From contig NZBZ01000020.1 in NCBI GenBank assembly GCA_002686365.1, positions 1 through 53,483 of the forward strand: a stretch of 53,483 bases of DNA, written 5' to 3'. The DNA is from a bacterium (GTDB lineage Bacteria; Patescibacteriota; Minisyncoccia; UBA6257; GWB1-50-10). Positions 26,781 to 37,499 of this stretch are shown here, one piece after another (the stretch's first letter is position 1; each line of letters starts with the position of its first letter). The notes beneath the pieces are model-generated. The model saw only the letters and a program-made list of their open reading frames with translations. It had not been told where the DNA came from and searched no databases. The translations under genes and the position numbers were made by a program.

Positions 26781-29700
26781 ATGTATTCTCAAGAAACGTG
26801 CATACTAAAAGTCAAACAAATGAGTAAAGTAGTAAAAAAAGCTGCAACAATAGGTCTCGCGCTTTCAACAGCGCTCTGGCTTTCTGGAGCAGCAGCAGTT
26901 ATCCCAGGAGCATCTGCCCAAACTACTGTGGCAGATCTTCAGGCACAAATTGCACAACTATTAGCACAAATTACAGCATTGCAGGCTCAGCTTGCAAATG
27001 TATCAGGAGGTTCAACTGGAGGAGTTTCCGTCTCATGCTCATTCACTCGTTCCCTCACAACGGGTGTATCAGGCAGTGACGTAAAATGTCTTCAGCAATA
27101 CCTGAACGCAGCAGGATATCCTGTTGCAGCAACAGGCGTTGGATCTCCGGGAAATGAGACAGAGTACTTTGGATCTTTGTCAAGATCAGCTACTGCCAAG
27201 TGGCAGGCAGCAAACAATGTCTCACCAGCAGTTGGATACTTTGGACCTATCTCAAGGGCAAAGTATGACACGCTGGCAGCAGTTGTTGTAACGCCTCCAT
27301 CGGGAGGAGTAACACCAGGAGAGACGCCAACACCACCACCAGCTGGGGTAGTTATCCCATCTGAAGGAATTGAAATTACACTTGCATCTGACAATCCTGG
27401 AGCACAAGCGCTTCCAAAAGGAGCAAGCGGTGTAGTATTTGTAAAGGTTAATGTCGCAGGAACAGGAGATCTTGACTCTCTAGTATTCAAGAGAGCTGGA
27501 ATCGGTGCGACAGGAGACTTTGCATCAGGGGGAGTATACCTATTTGATGGAGACACTCGTCTTACGTCAGGAAGGACAATTAACTCCACAACCCACGAAG
27601 TTCAGTTCCTTAATCTAGGAATTACTCTGGATAACAGTGTAAAAACTTTGACATTGGTGGCTGACGTAGCAGGTGCAGCAACTTCTGGAAACCGCAACTT
27701 GTTCGAGCTTGTTAGTTCAACAGGAGATCCAGAACCAACTGGAACACCTTCAGGCAATGAGATGGAGATTGCAGGACAGCGTGTTGGCGGACTTGATCCA
27801 ACATCAGGCGCTGGACCGGCAAATCCACGCATTGGACAAAAAGAAGCCCTTCTTCAGGAGGTTATTCTTACAGCATCCTCAACTGAAGATGTTGAGCTTC
27901 TTAAGATTGCATTGGTTGAGACAGGCACAATCCAGAACGATCATCTAACAAACTTCATCTTAAAGGTGAATGATGCGACGATCGCAACTGCGGATGCAAT
28001 TGGAGCAAAAGATCTTGTCACCTTCGTCCTTGATGAACCATATCTAGTTGAAAAGGGTCAGCAAAGAACTCTTAAGATATATGGTGATATTGGAGGAAAG
28101 GCACGATCATCTGACACAATTATCCTTCGCATGGATACTGCCACAGACATAAGTGCAATCGGAAAATTGTACGGATATCCAGTGCTCTCAACAATTCTTG
28201 CTGTTGATACCGACTCTGAGGTAGACACTCTCACTATAAGTGGTGGGCAGGTAACAATTACCTTTAATGGTCCAATAGCAGGAGACATTCCATTGCGAGC
28301 TCAAGATGTAACAATCTTTGACTTCACGCTTGCAACCCAGAACAATATCGAGATAAAGAACCTTCGTTTCTATGCCACCACAACTAACTACACCGCAAAC
28401 GAAGGATATCCTGATTACAAAGTCTGGGATGTAGAGCAGAATGCGGTCATAACGAGCGCGCAGGACATTGCCGCAACCTCAACAGCTATTACCTTCACCG
28501 ACACAATAGAGATGAGTGCCGGAGAATCACGAAGATACAAGGTAACGGTTGATGTTGATGCGGACAATGATACAGGTGACAGCATTATTACGTCACTTCT
28601 TGCCTTCCAGTCGGGAGACATTAAGAACTTGGACAATAACACCAATGTTGCATTGGCTGATATAGTTCCAAACTCAGCAGTAAATGGAAATACCCATACT
28701 ACTGAGGTGCCAACTCTGACGCTTCAACTCGCTGGAAGTCCATCGTCACAAACATACGTTCGTGGAACAACGAAGGTTCCATTCGTAGGGTTCTCCTTCC
28801 GGGCAACCGGAGCTGATGTAAAGCTAACCTCAGTAAAGGTAAGCTCAACAGCAACAACAGGTACCCTGACGCAGAACGAGATTCAGAACATTGGACTATA
28901 CGATGGCGAGACAAGGGTGTCAGATGAGAAATCCCTCGCAACTGATTCTTCCGTGACGTTCAATAACTTGAGCCTCACGATTAAGGACGGTGAGACTAAG
29001 ACCCTGACGGTAAAGGGTAATATCTCATCAAACGCGACCAACAATGATGTCTATGTGGTATCAATCTTGGGAGCGAACTCCACATACATTACTGCGACCG
29101 ACCCAGATGGAAACTCAGCAACTATTGCAGGAACAGCAGCAAACACTGGAAACACAGTAGCGGTTACCGCAGTAACTGTTGGAAACGTAAATGTTGCGTC
29201 TGATGAAACATCTTCAGATGCCGGAATCATTATCGCGGGTGCTGAATCTGTAATTGGTAAGTTCCGATTCACTGCAACGAACGAGGAGATAACCATAAAC
29301 AGGATGAACATCTTTGTTAACTCCTCTACAGATACGACTCCATCATCAAGCCCAATAACAAACAATTCGGTTGATGAAATTCCAACCATTAAGCTCTATG
29401 ATGGATCAACTCAGATCGGACACGCATCAGGATATCCAGTCGTAAACTCTGGAGCATCCTCTGGCGTAGCATTCGTTGACAGCTTGAACTGGACGATTCC
29501 AAAGGACGGAAACAAGACACTGACAGTAAAAGGTGTTGCAAACACTATTGCAGCAGGAGCTGACTCAGGAGCAAGCGTATACTCGCATATCTTGGCGCAG
29601 GGCTTTGAAGCCCAGGGTGCAACCGCAAAGGATACAACCATTGACGGAGCATCATCCCAAGAAAGGCTTCTCTATAAGACAAAGCCAACAATTACTGTCT

Positions 29701-30311
29701 CTACCGTACCAGGGGCCAAGCTAGGAAGCGGAGAGGTTAAGGTGCTTAGATTCAAGATTGCGGCTGACTCTGCGGAGAACATTTACTGGAAGAAAATTTC
29801 ACTAAAGGTCTCCATGACAGGAGCAACTATGTCTGCAGTTACTGCAGGCCCAAGTACAACTGGCAACATAAAGATCACGCCAATTGGAGAGAGCGCCTTG
29901 AATATTGTCTCTGCATATAGCTCGATTGGAACAGCGTCAAGTGTACAGGTTGCAGTAAAGGGAGGACAAACCGGATATGTATCAGCAATTCTAAACGCTG
30001 GAAGAAAGATTACTGCTGGAACTTCTGAAGAGTATGATCTAGCCGTGAACTTTGTTAACTTGTCAGGTACAGTAGGAGCCTCATATGGAACATTCCAACT
30101 GCACCTACAGGAGACAGACAATGTAGTGTCCTCAGGATGGCTCGGTGTGGAAACAGCAGCTGGTGGCACACTCATGGTAACCGCAGACAGTGAGCCGTCA
30201 TTTATCTGGTCAGATAATTCAGCAACGACTCACACAGATGTATCGCTTGACTGGAATAGTGGAAGGTATGTAAAGACCTTGCCATCTAATCAGACGACTG
30301 TGTCGAACTAG
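26781..30311 (+). CDS. Large S-layer-like surface protein with N-terminal peptidoglycan-binding-type domain; likely start ATG 26820
   Basis: Signal peptide, coiled coil, FTRSLTTGVSGSDVKCLQQYLN..YFG..T module, long T/S/G/A-rich beta-sandwich repeats. Confidence 0.8.
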   Translation: MYSQETCILKVKQMSKVVKKAATIGLALSTALWLSGAAAVIPGASAQTTVADLQAQIAQLLAQITALQAQLANVSGGSTGGVSVSCSFTRSLTTGVSGSDVKCLQQYLNAAGYPVAATGVGSPGNETEYFGSLSRSATAKWQAANNVSPAVGYFGPISRAKYDTLAAVVVTPPSGGVTPGETPTPPPAGVVIPSEGIEITLASDNPGAQALPKGASGVVFVKVNVAGTGDLDSLVFKRAGIGATGDFASGGVYLFDGDTRLTSGRTINSTTHEVQFLNLGITLDNSVKTLTLVADVAGAATSGNRNLFELVSSTGDPEPTGTPSGNEMEIAGQRVGGLDPTSGAGPANPRIGQKEALLQEVILTASSTEDVELLKIALVETGTIQNDHLTNFILKVNDATIATADAIGAKDLVTFVLDEPYLVEKGQQRTLKIYGDIGGKARSSDTIILRMDTATDISAIGKLYGYPVLSTILAVDTDSEVDTLTISGGQVTITFNGPIAGDIPLRAQDVTIFDFTLATQNNIEIKNLRFYATTTNYTANEGYPDYKVWDVEQNAVITSAQDIAATSTAITFTDTIEMSAGESRRYKVTVDVDADNDTGDSIITSLLAFQSGDIKNLDNNTNVALADIVPNSAVNGNTHTTEVPTLTLQLAGSPSSQTYVRGTTKVPFVGFSFRATGADVKLTSVKVSSTATTGTLTQNEIQNIGLYDGETRVSDEKSLATDSSVTFNNLSLTIKDGETKTLTVKGNISSNATNNDVYVVSILGANSTYITATDPDGNSATIAGTAANTGNTVAVTAVTVGNVNVASDETSSDAGIIIAGAESVIGKFRFTATNEEITINRMNIFVNSSTDTTPSSSPITNNSVDEIPTIKLYDGSTQIGHASGYPVVNSGASSGVAFVDSLNWTIPKDGNKTLTVKGVANTIAAGADSGASVYSHILAQGFEAQGATAKDTTIDGASSQERLLYKTKPTITVSTVPGAKLGSGEVKVLRFKIAADSAENIYWKKISLKVSMTGATMSAVTAGPSTTGNIKITPIGESALNIVSAYSSIGTASSVQVAVKGGQTGYVSAILNAGRKITAGTSEEYDLAVNFVNLSGTVGASYGTFQLHLQETDNVVSSGWLGVETAAGGTLMVTADSEPSFIWSDNSATTHTDVSLDWNSGRYVKTLPSNQTTVSN

Positions 30312-30338
30312 TTGATTTTGCTTGACATAGAGAATGTC

Positions 30339-30366
30339 CACGAGCCCCGCATTAGCGGGGCTCGTG
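30339..30366. terminator. Strong hairpin after the S-layer-like gene
   Basis: 12-bp stem CACGAGCCCCGC-ATTA-GCGGGGCTCGTG. Confidence 0.75.
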
Positions 30367-30401
30367 TTGTATTAAGAGAAAAGAGCTATATAATAAAATC
30401 C

Positions 30402-32759
30402 ATGCAAATCATTACTAGATATTTACTTTTTGGCATAGCTCTCATGCCTCTTATTACACTGAATCTGCCATTTGGAACTATTGTATGGAAGATTTTTTAT
30501 ATGCGAATTCTCATAGAACTCGCAATTATTCTCTTCTGCATACAAAAAATACGAGGAGCAAGAACTCCGCTTCCATGGCGCCATCCAATCGTACTCCTTT
30601 TAGGAGCTTATACAGTTTCTTTCATAATAAGCATGGTAGGAGCAGTATCGCCATATCGGGCTATATGGGGCAATCTTGAGCGGGGAGAGGGACTCATAAC
30701 TTGGTTTCACTATATTGCCTTCTTTCTTCTTATGCTTCTCATGTGGAAAAAAGATGACTGGATAAAGATGTTCCGACTCTCTCTTATTGTTGGGATTATT
30801 CTTATGTTGTACGGAGCGCTGCAGTACTTCCATGTATCATACTTCCCGCCATTTTATATAATGAGTGCTGAACGGCCAATGTCTCTTGTGGGCAATACAG
30901 CATTTTTCGCAACACATTTAATCTTTGTCATGATGATGGCATCCATCGTATACGTGCACGCAAAGAGAGTTGGAAGCCACGCATGGAAATACATAGCAGC
31001 ACTCGGAATGATAGCTGCAATACCAATGATTTTTACGACTGGCACACGAGGAACAATAATAGGCATAGTAGCGGGAGGAATGGTAGCTCTAGGGTACATA
31101 TGCATAAAAAACTTAATACAGCAGGATAAAGAAAGAAAAAAGAAGGGAATTATAGCATGCGCGGCGCTCATTGCGATTTCCGGCACTGCATTATTTTTTG
31201 TCATGACAAAAGATATATCTTTTTGGAAGGTTATTCCACAGAGTGAGCGGCTCATCTCACCTCTATCCCAGGGAATTAAGGGAACATCAGGAGAAAGCCG
31301 TCTGATTTTATGGCGTATGAGTTTTGAGGCATGGAAAGAACGGCCTATATTTGGATGGGGGCAGGAAAATTACCTTCCTGCATTCGAGAAGTATTTTGAT
31401 CCACAGCTTGATAAGACTGGAGAAACATGGTTTGACCGTTCTCACAACAACATTGTAGACATTACAGTAACGCAGGGAATCGTAGGTCTTGTAATATACA
31501 TAGCACTGATGGGCGCAATAGTCTGTGCAGTGATCAAAAAGAGAAAAAAAGGACTGATTGAGGGGGTGAGACCGTATCTTATGTGGGGACTTGTCGCATA
31601 TGTAGTTCAGAATCTTTTATTATTTGATCAGCCGCTTTCATATCTGCATCTTATGATGATTGCAGGGTTTTTAATTGCATGGAGAAAGGATGATGAAGAA
31701 GTATCTCTTATATGTGAAGAAGCGAAGCAGGCAGACCTGTCTCCTGCATGCGCAGGCATGGCGCAGGAGGAGGAAGAAAAAGAAATACCTCCAAGCAGTG
31801 CTCCAAAAGCATCAGCATGGGTATCAAAAGGCGCTTATGCTGTAATAGGAATAATTGCAGCCTATGCAATCTATGCATGGAATGTTACTCCATTTAAACA
31901 GATACAATATGTAGAGGCTGCTAAAAAAACACCTAATCAGGAAGAAATATTCGAGCTTCTTGAAAAGGGATTTTATCCATATAATTTTGCTCAACATGAT
32001 CTGCGAGCGCACATAGTAGATCATGAGTATAGTTTCCAGCCGGAGTTATTCATGACTCCTGGCTTTGAAGAGCTATCTTCATTTTTCCTAGAGAGTATTA
32101 GAGAGGCTCGTGAAAAGGACTCCGCAGATCCGAGAATGCTTATTCGGGAAATACAGGTACTAATACTTATGTCAACGCCAAAACCCGAACTCATACAGGA
32201 AGCAGAAAAATTAGCTCGAGAAGGAATAGAACAGGCTCCAGAGAAGACAGTGTTTTATCACAAGCTCGCTCTTATTCTTGCAAATCAGGGCAGGTATGAA
32301 GAGGCAAGAGATGCAGCAGAGGCTGCGATTGCCATATATCCGGAGGCGTCATTATCGCATTTTCAACTCGGCCTAGTGCTTGCCATGGGAGGAGATTCAT
32401 ATCACGAAGACGCAGTGAAAGCATTTGAGGAGTATGAAAGACTAGATCCTAATTCAGCGCTTGGAAGAGAAGCAAATAATTACGCGCTAGTATATACGAT
32501 CTGGGGAGACTATAAAAAAGTAGCTGAAATGGCGCTTCAGGTAGCAGAAAATAATGTAGAGAGAGTTTTATCCCTTGATCACTTTCAGACAGCGCTTGCC
32601 TATTACACTCAAGAGGAGCAGAAGCAGGAGTTTCTTGAAATTGCGCAATTTATGGAAAGCAGATTTCCAGATTTTGCAGAAAGTTTAGAAATATACATAG
32701 ATCTTGCAGAAAGAGAAAATTGGAGGCTCATAAGGGAGATATCACAAGGAGAGGAATAA
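30402..32759 (+). CDS. O-antigen ligase/O-oligosaccharyltransferase-like (Wzy_C) membrane protein with C-terminal TPR (ORF track starts at 30312)
   Basis: WGNLERGEG, SLVGN, TGTRG, SRLILW...KERPIFGWGQENY, DRSHN; TPR-like helices; TATAAT 7 nt before ATG. Confidence 0.85.
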   Translation: MQIITRYLLFGIALMPLITLNLPFGTIVWKIFYMRILIELAIILFCIQKIRGARTPLPWRHPIVLLLGAYTVSFIISMVGAVSPYRAIWGNLERGEGLITWFHYIAFFLLMLLMWKKDDWIKMFRLSLIVGIILMLYGALQYFHVSYFPPFYIMSAERPMSLVGNTAFFATHLIFVMMMASIVYVHAKRVGSHAWKYIAALGMIAAIPMIFTTGTRGTIIGIVAGGMVALGYICIKNLIQQDKERKKKGIIACAALIAISGTALFFVMTKDISFWKVIPQSERLISPLSQGIKGTSGESRLILWRMSFEAWKERPIFGWGQENYLPAFEKYFDPQLDKTGETWFDRSHNNIVDITVTQGIVGLVIYIALMGAIVCAVIKKRKKGLIEGVRPYLMWGLVAYVVQNLLLFDQPLSYLHLMMIAGFLIAWRKDDEEVSLICEEAKQADLSPACAGMAQEEEEKEIPPSSAPKASAWVSKGAYAVIGIIAAYAIYAWNVTPFKQIQYVEAAKKTPNQEEIFELLEKGFYPYNFAQHDLRAHIVDHEYSFQPELFMTPGFEELSSFFLESIREAREKDSADPRMLIREIQVLILMSTPKPELIQEAEKLAREGIEQAPEKTVFYHKLALILANQGRYEEARDAAEAAIAIYPEASLSHFQLGLVLAMGGDSYHEDAVKAFEEYERLDPNSALGREANNYALVYTIWGDYKKVAEMALQVAENNVERVLSLDHFQTALAYYTQEEQKQEFLEIAQFMESRFPDFAESLEIYIDLAERENWRLIREISQGEE

Positions 32760-32878
32760 AGGAACAGGCTCTAATATAAAAATAACAGGACTTGACTTCT
32801 AGATAAAAAAGTTGTAAAAGTAACTCGGCAACTGAAAGCGTTCTAGTGGTCGAAAACCGCATAAGGAAGGGGTATGCA

Positions 32879-34141
32879 GTGGACATTGAAGACATCACTG
32901 TTCTCGTCCCTGCTGGTCCGAGACTCGATAAGGACACGGGCATGCCTGAGGTTTCGGCTCGCCGCAGAACCCTCTTCAACTCTGCGCTGGCACGAAGAGC
33001 CAGGGACGCTGGCATCAAGCTTGGCGTTGAGCTAAAGGCGCCTGGCAAGTTCCCAGAGGACTTCAATCCGAACGAACTGGACATGCCATTCGCCGCACAT
33101 CTGGGAAACTGGGACCTCACGCGTCTGTTTCGGGCAGAGCGTGATGGTGATACCGAGACTCAGGATGAAATCCGGAAACTCATCAAGCGAATCGCTGAGT
33201 GGAATCCTCTCTACCTCCTCTGCCACGGCGCAGAGCTCGATGCATACAACCCGCTCGATGAGAGTCGGTTCGAATGCAGGGCCTCACCAGAGGACTGGCT
33301 CGAGCTCGCCCAGTGGCACATCCCAGTGATGGAGGAGATGGTGGGGAGGGACCTGAATGCCTGTCTCGAGACGCTCTACCTATCCCAGTACGTTGGCCCG
33401 TATGGTCCGTACAAAGAAGCAGGCATAGATGCCTGGCTTGCCATGACCACGATGATTCCCCGAGTCGGACATTGGCAAGACATTCTCTCTGTCATAGGAG
33501 AGGTGTTAGGCACAGGCATGGTGGTGGACCTCGAGCATCTCGCCGCAACAATCAGATTCCTGCAGGGGAACTCGCTCGAGCTTCGAGAGCTGGGGCTGAG
33601 CGAGGATGCCTTTGCAAGAAGAGAGGAGACGCCCAAGGCATTCCTGGACACCTTCGGCTTTGCTGCGGAGCTAGGACGTATCCCGCGCGCAGTCGAAGAC
33701 ATGGACATCTGGAGCTTCCTTAGGAAGGCGGCGCCCAAAGTCCGCGCCTGGCACGTTGACGCGATTGGCCTGCCAGAGGATGGAGAGCAGGTTCTACAGC
33801 TGAACGAAGACGAGCTCGGTCTTGCTCCTGCTCTTGCCTACTACGAGCACGTACGGGAGATCTTGGGGGACAACTCGTACGCCAGAGAACGGGCAGACAA
33901 GCAGCGACCCACCTCTCACGCTCCTGTGGAGGACACAAGGGAGCTGAGGGAGACTATCCGCTTCATACTTGCTCTGCATGAGGAGACAGGAAATCCTGTT
34001 GTCTTCGTCCTCGAGCCAATGGCACAGGGCGAGGCACCTCCAAAGCAGGACGTGAATCACTGGTCCAGACCAGACGCCATCGAGTACTCTCTGGAGAAAT
34101 TCCTCGCTGCACTTCTCGAGGTGCTCGAGGAAACACCATAA
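32879..34141 (+). CDS. GC-rich hypothetical protein, possible xylose-isomerase-like TIM barrel (ORF track starts at 32846)
   Basis: Ordered candidate metal ligands CLETL, VDLEH, WHVDA, VLEP; SD AAGGAAGGGG before GTG 32879; terminator 34187-34213. Confidence 0.6.
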   Translation: MDIEDITVLVPAGPRLDKDTGMPEVSARRRTLFNSALARRARDAGIKLGVELKAPGKFPEDFNPNELDMPFAAHLGNWDLTRLFRAERDGDTETQDEIRKLIKRIAEWNPLYLLCHGAELDAYNPLDESRFECRASPEDWLELAQWHIPVMEEMVGRDLNACLETLYLSQYVGPYGPYKEAGIDAWLAMTTMIPRVGHWQDILSVIGEVLGTGMVVDLEHLAATIRFLQGNSLELRELGLSEDAFARREETPKAFLDTFGFAAELGRIPRAVEDMDIWSFLRKAAPKVRAWHVDAIGLPEDGEQVLQLNEDELGLAPALAYYEHVREILGDNSYARERADKQRPTSHAPVEDTRELRETIRFILALHEETGNPVVFVLEPMAQGEAPPKQDVNHWSRPDAIEYSLEKFLAALLEVLEETP

Positions 34142-34262
34142 GACTGCTCTAGCGCCATGCGCATGAAAGAGCGTCACACACAAACACCCTCTCCAATGGA
34201 GAGGGATTTTTTTATAATTCTTTCTATTTGCTCCTTTCTCATCCTGTGCTATTCTTGAATCC

Positions 34263-35615
34263 ATGAGAGATCTTCCGTGGTTTAGCATATCGAGATTTTT
34301 TCTCTATATTACGCCGTTGGCGCTTGTTATTGTTACAGCATCAACGCTGTTTCCTTTTATTGTAGGAAAGTACGTTTGGTTTCGTACATCAGTTGCTTTA
34401 GCACTTATCTTTTTTTTGATTGGAGTCCTTTTTGAAAGTGAAGAGGGAGAGGAATATTTAAGGAAAATAGGCAGAATTTTAAAAACTCCCCTTGGAATTG
34501 CAGTAACTGCCTTTACCGCAATATTTATTATTGCGGGAATTTTCGGTCTCCGTCCAGGCTACTCCTTCTGGTCTAACTTTGAACGAGGCGAGGGAGGCCT
34601 CCAAATGCTGAATCTCTATATATTTTTCATTTTGCTTATTACGCTCTTAAGAAAAGAAAGCGAGTGGAGAAAGCTTTTTTGGGTAGTATTATGGACAGCG
34701 CTTCTTATGATACTGTATGGCTTAGGAGCCGGACTTGGATACAATGGATTTATCGGAGCAGAATTCGGTAAGGACTTTTCACGTTTTTATGGGTCTTTGG
34801 GGAACCCAGCCTACATGGCAGGATTCTTAATCTTCTCTTCGTTTTATGCAGTCTACATTCTTACAACGAGATATCGAAAACATCTCTTCTCTCATCCAGG
34901 AGCAGTATTTATCTGGCTGCTCCTTGGAATCTATGCAGTAATCTTTCTTTTGGCGGCAACACGAGGCGCCTTCCTTGGAATTATTGGGGGAGCATTTTTG
35001 GGACTCGGCTACGTTGGTTTTGTAAAAAGATCTTGGAGAAAGTGGGCAATCACAATCATAATATTTCTTGCAATCACAGCAGGAACACTTATAGCATTTA
35101 AAAATTCAGAGTTTGTAAAAAAGATTCCAGGCTCCCGTATTTTTGATATATCACTTTCAACAACCACATTTCAGCATAGAACAATTATGTGGAAGGTGGC
35201 ATTGGATTCTTGGAAAGAGCGGCCTATCCTTGGGTGGGGACCGGAAAGTTTCGGCGTCCTGTTTCAGAAAAATTTTAATCCAGACTATTTTGATCCAAAA
35301 GGAAGTTTTGGCGCGTGGTTCGACAGAGCGCACAACATCTTGTTCGACTACCTCGTATCAACCGGCATTCTCGGCACACTGGCATACATGGCAATCTTCG
35401 CAACTATATACTGGAAGATATTTCGAAGGAAGATAGAGGAGCAGACAGGCCTTTCTTCAGGAATTGCAGCCCTCGCTCTTGCTATGCCAACTGCCTACCT
35501 TGTTCAGGGTCTAGTGCTTTTTGACGTGCTTTCTATATATCTAAATCTCTTTATATTTTTTGCTTTTGCGTGGTTTTTATTTTATTTCAAAGATGAATAT
35601 GAATCCCTCACATAA
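34263..35615 (+). CDS. O-antigen ligase-like (Wzy_C) membrane protein, second paralog
   Basis: WSNFERGEGG, GSLGNP, AATRG, HRTIMW..KERPILGWGPESF, DRAHN. Confidence 0.88.
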   Translation: MRDLPWFSISRFFLYITPLALVIVTASTLFPFIVGKYVWFRTSVALALIFFLIGVLFESEEGEEYLRKIGRILKTPLGIAVTAFTAIFIIAGIFGLRPGYSFWSNFERGEGGLQMLNLYIFFILLITLLRKESEWRKLFWVVLWTALLMILYGLGAGLGYNGFIGAEFGKDFSRFYGSLGNPAYMAGFLIFSSFYAVYILTTRYRKHLFSHPGAVFIWLLLGIYAVIFLLAATRGAFLGIIGGAFLGLGYVGFVKRSWRKWAITIIIFLAITAGTLIAFKNSEFVKKIPGSRIFDISLSTTTFQHRTIMWKVALDSWKERPILGWGPESFGVLFQKNFNPDYFDPKGSFGAWFDRAHNILFDYLVSTGILGTLAYMAIFATIYWKIFRRKIEEQTGLSSGIAALALAMPTAYLVQGLVLFDVLSIYLNLFIFFAFAWFLFYFKDEYESLT

Positions 35616-35700
35616 CCCATGGAAACAACTACCATATCGTCGAAAACATGTTGGCTGTACACGTCCAAAAAATCTTGGAATGTGTACGTTATGTGAGGGA
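35604..35700. mobile_element. Start-codon palindromic element, family B (TCCCTCACATAAC...GTTATGTGAGGGA), flanked by TGAA
   Basis: 13-bp terminal IR; leader ORF 35599-35703. Confidence 0.75.
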
Positions 35701-36311
35701 TGAAAAAAGTTCTTAAAAACGCAATAATTCTTGCAGTAATCGTACTCGCCATTTTAGGAGTGTATTTTGGGTCTATAAGAGCTTTTATAAAAGGGAAAAG
35801 GTATATTGAGGCGTTAGGCAGAAGAGGGCAGATCGAGTCCACAGAGGAGTTTAGAGAGAATTGGAAATACGCACTCGACTATCGCGCCCCAATTTCAGAT
35901 GATGAGATAATTAAGTTTTTAAGTGGAGACATAGTAAACATGGCCTCAGCAGGAGAACAGCCTGAAGAGGTTATGATGAGTTTAATCTCATTTATTGAAG
36001 AGTACATAGATCAAAACGATGTTCTTCATATACTAAATATTGGAAGAACATATCATTTTATGTGGGTTAACTACGAACACAAAGAAGAATACTATATAAA
36101 AGCAGAGGAGTATTATGAAAAAGTTTTGGAAATAGGGCCAAAGCTTCCTCCAGCGCTTTATGGAATACTCGATCTTTATAGAGTAAAAGGCGATGCAAAG
36201 AATGCGAAAAAGTATGGAGAGATGGCATTTGAGCTATGGCCTCAGGATGAACGTCTAAAAGAAATACTTGAAAAAATAGAAGAGATAGAAGCATCAGCGC
36301 AGGCGCAGTAG
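35700..36311 (+). CDS. Membrane-anchored TPR protein
   Basis: N-terminal TM helix, TPR-like AEEYYEKVLEIGP; resembles the C-terminal half of 30402-32759. Confidence 0.8.
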   Translation: MKKVLKNAIILAVIVLAILGVYFGSIRAFIKGKRYIEALGRRGQIESTEEFRENWKYALDYRAPISDDEIIKFLSGDIVNMASAGEQPEEVMMSLISFIEEYIDQNDVLHILNIGRTYHFMWVNYEHKEEYYIKAEEYYEKVLEIGPKLPPALYGILDLYRVKGDAKNAKKYGEMAFELWPQDERLKEILEKIEEIEASAQAQ

Positions 36312-36415
36312 GTCTCTCGAATAAATAGCAAAAAAGTAATTACATATTGTCGAAAACATTTTATACAATACACGCGCAATTAGTTCTTGTGCTTGTAGTT
36401 TATAGAAGAGATGAA

Positions 36416-36510
36416 TCCCTCACATAACTTGGGATAGAAAACACATGCTTACAGTCGAAAACATTAATAGTACACACACAAGAAAACCTTGGAGTGTGTT
36501 ATGTGAGGGA
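36416..36510. mobile_element. Start-codon palindromic element, family B
   Basis: Same IR, TGAA flanks; leader ORF 36445-36513. Confidence 0.75.
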
Positions 36511-37307
36511 TGAAAAAAGAAAAAATCGGAATAATTGGACTAGGGTATGTTGGGTCTCCGGTGCAAAAGTGGTTTAGGGATAAGGGGCATGAGGTCTTTC
36601 AGTACGATAAGTTCAAAAATAAAGGATCTATAAAGGAGGTAAACAAAGCTGATATTATTTTTATTGCTGTACCAACTCCATTTAATGAAAAAGATAAGGG
36701 GCATGATATATCCGCAGTAGAGGAGTCAGTAAAAAACATAGAGGACAATAAAATAATAATTATAAAATCAACTATTGTCCCCGGCTCCACAAAAAAAATC
36801 CAAGAAACATATCCAAAGAAAACAATTCTTTACAATCCTGAATTTCTACGCGCAAAAACCGCAGAAAAAGACTATCTGAATCCAAAAATGCAGATATTAG
36901 GATATGCAAATAAAAAAGGAAAAGAAAAAGCGCCGAATATTCTTGAGATTCTTCCAAAAGCAGACTTTTCTAAAATTACAACCTCCACAGAAGCAGAAGT
37001 CATTAAGTACTTTATGAACTCTTTTCTGGCAACAAGAGTTATATTCGCAGAAGGGATACATGATCTATGTAAGGCTTTGGGAGATGCAGACTATGATGTG
37101 GTAAAAGGATGCGTTATAAAGGACAAGAGAATAGGACATAGCCACTTTGATATTCTAGCTGACGGCTATCGTGGATATGGCGGAGCCTGCCTGCCAAAAG
37201 ACACTAAGGCGCTTATAGAGCGTGCTGAGGAGCTTGGAGTAGACCTCGACCTCATAAAAAAAGTAGATGAAATAAACGAGAAACTTCAAAGAAAAAAACC
37301 TGAGTAG
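36510..37307 (+). CDS. UDP-glucose/GDP-mannose dehydrogenase family protein lacking the C-terminal domain
   Basis: GLGYVG, FIAVPTP, IKST, YNPEFL, KYFMNSF, GYGGACLPKD. Confidence 0.88.
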   Translation: MKKEKIGIIGLGYVGSPVQKWFRDKGHEVFQYDKFKNKGSIKEVNKADIIFIAVPTPFNEKDKGHDISAVEESVKNIEDNKIIIIKSTIVPGSTKKIQETYPKKTILYNPEFLRAKTAEKDYLNPKMQILGYANKKGKEKAPNILEILPKADFSKITTSTEAEVIKYFMNSFLATRVIFAEGIHDLCKALGDADYDVVKGCVIKDKRIGHSHFDILADGYRGYGGACLPKDTKALIERAEELGVDLDLIKKVDEINEKLQRKKPE

Positions 37308-37499
37308 AATATCATAGACTGAGTTGTTATGCAGTAAAAAGTCCTCAACAAAATCTGTTGAGGATTTTTGCGCACAAAAAGCCCTTAAAAATTGACTTTT
37401 TAGCTAAAATATCGTAAAAAGTAAACCGAGCCAAACACTGGTTCAGATCACAGTACGTTTACAGTACAGGAAACACCGAACAGAAAGAGGAGAGAGCAA

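Noticed and set aside
20554-30175. Numerous 60-180 aa minus-strand ORFs inside iscS, SIMPL, clpB and the S-layer gene
   Set aside because: They are antisense shadows of well-supported genes.
31725-31781. Possible in-frame palindrome (GCAGG...CCTGCATGCGCAGG) in the linker of the Wzy_C-TPR gene
   Set aside because: Single short copy in this window; cannot be distinguished from ordinary linker sequence.
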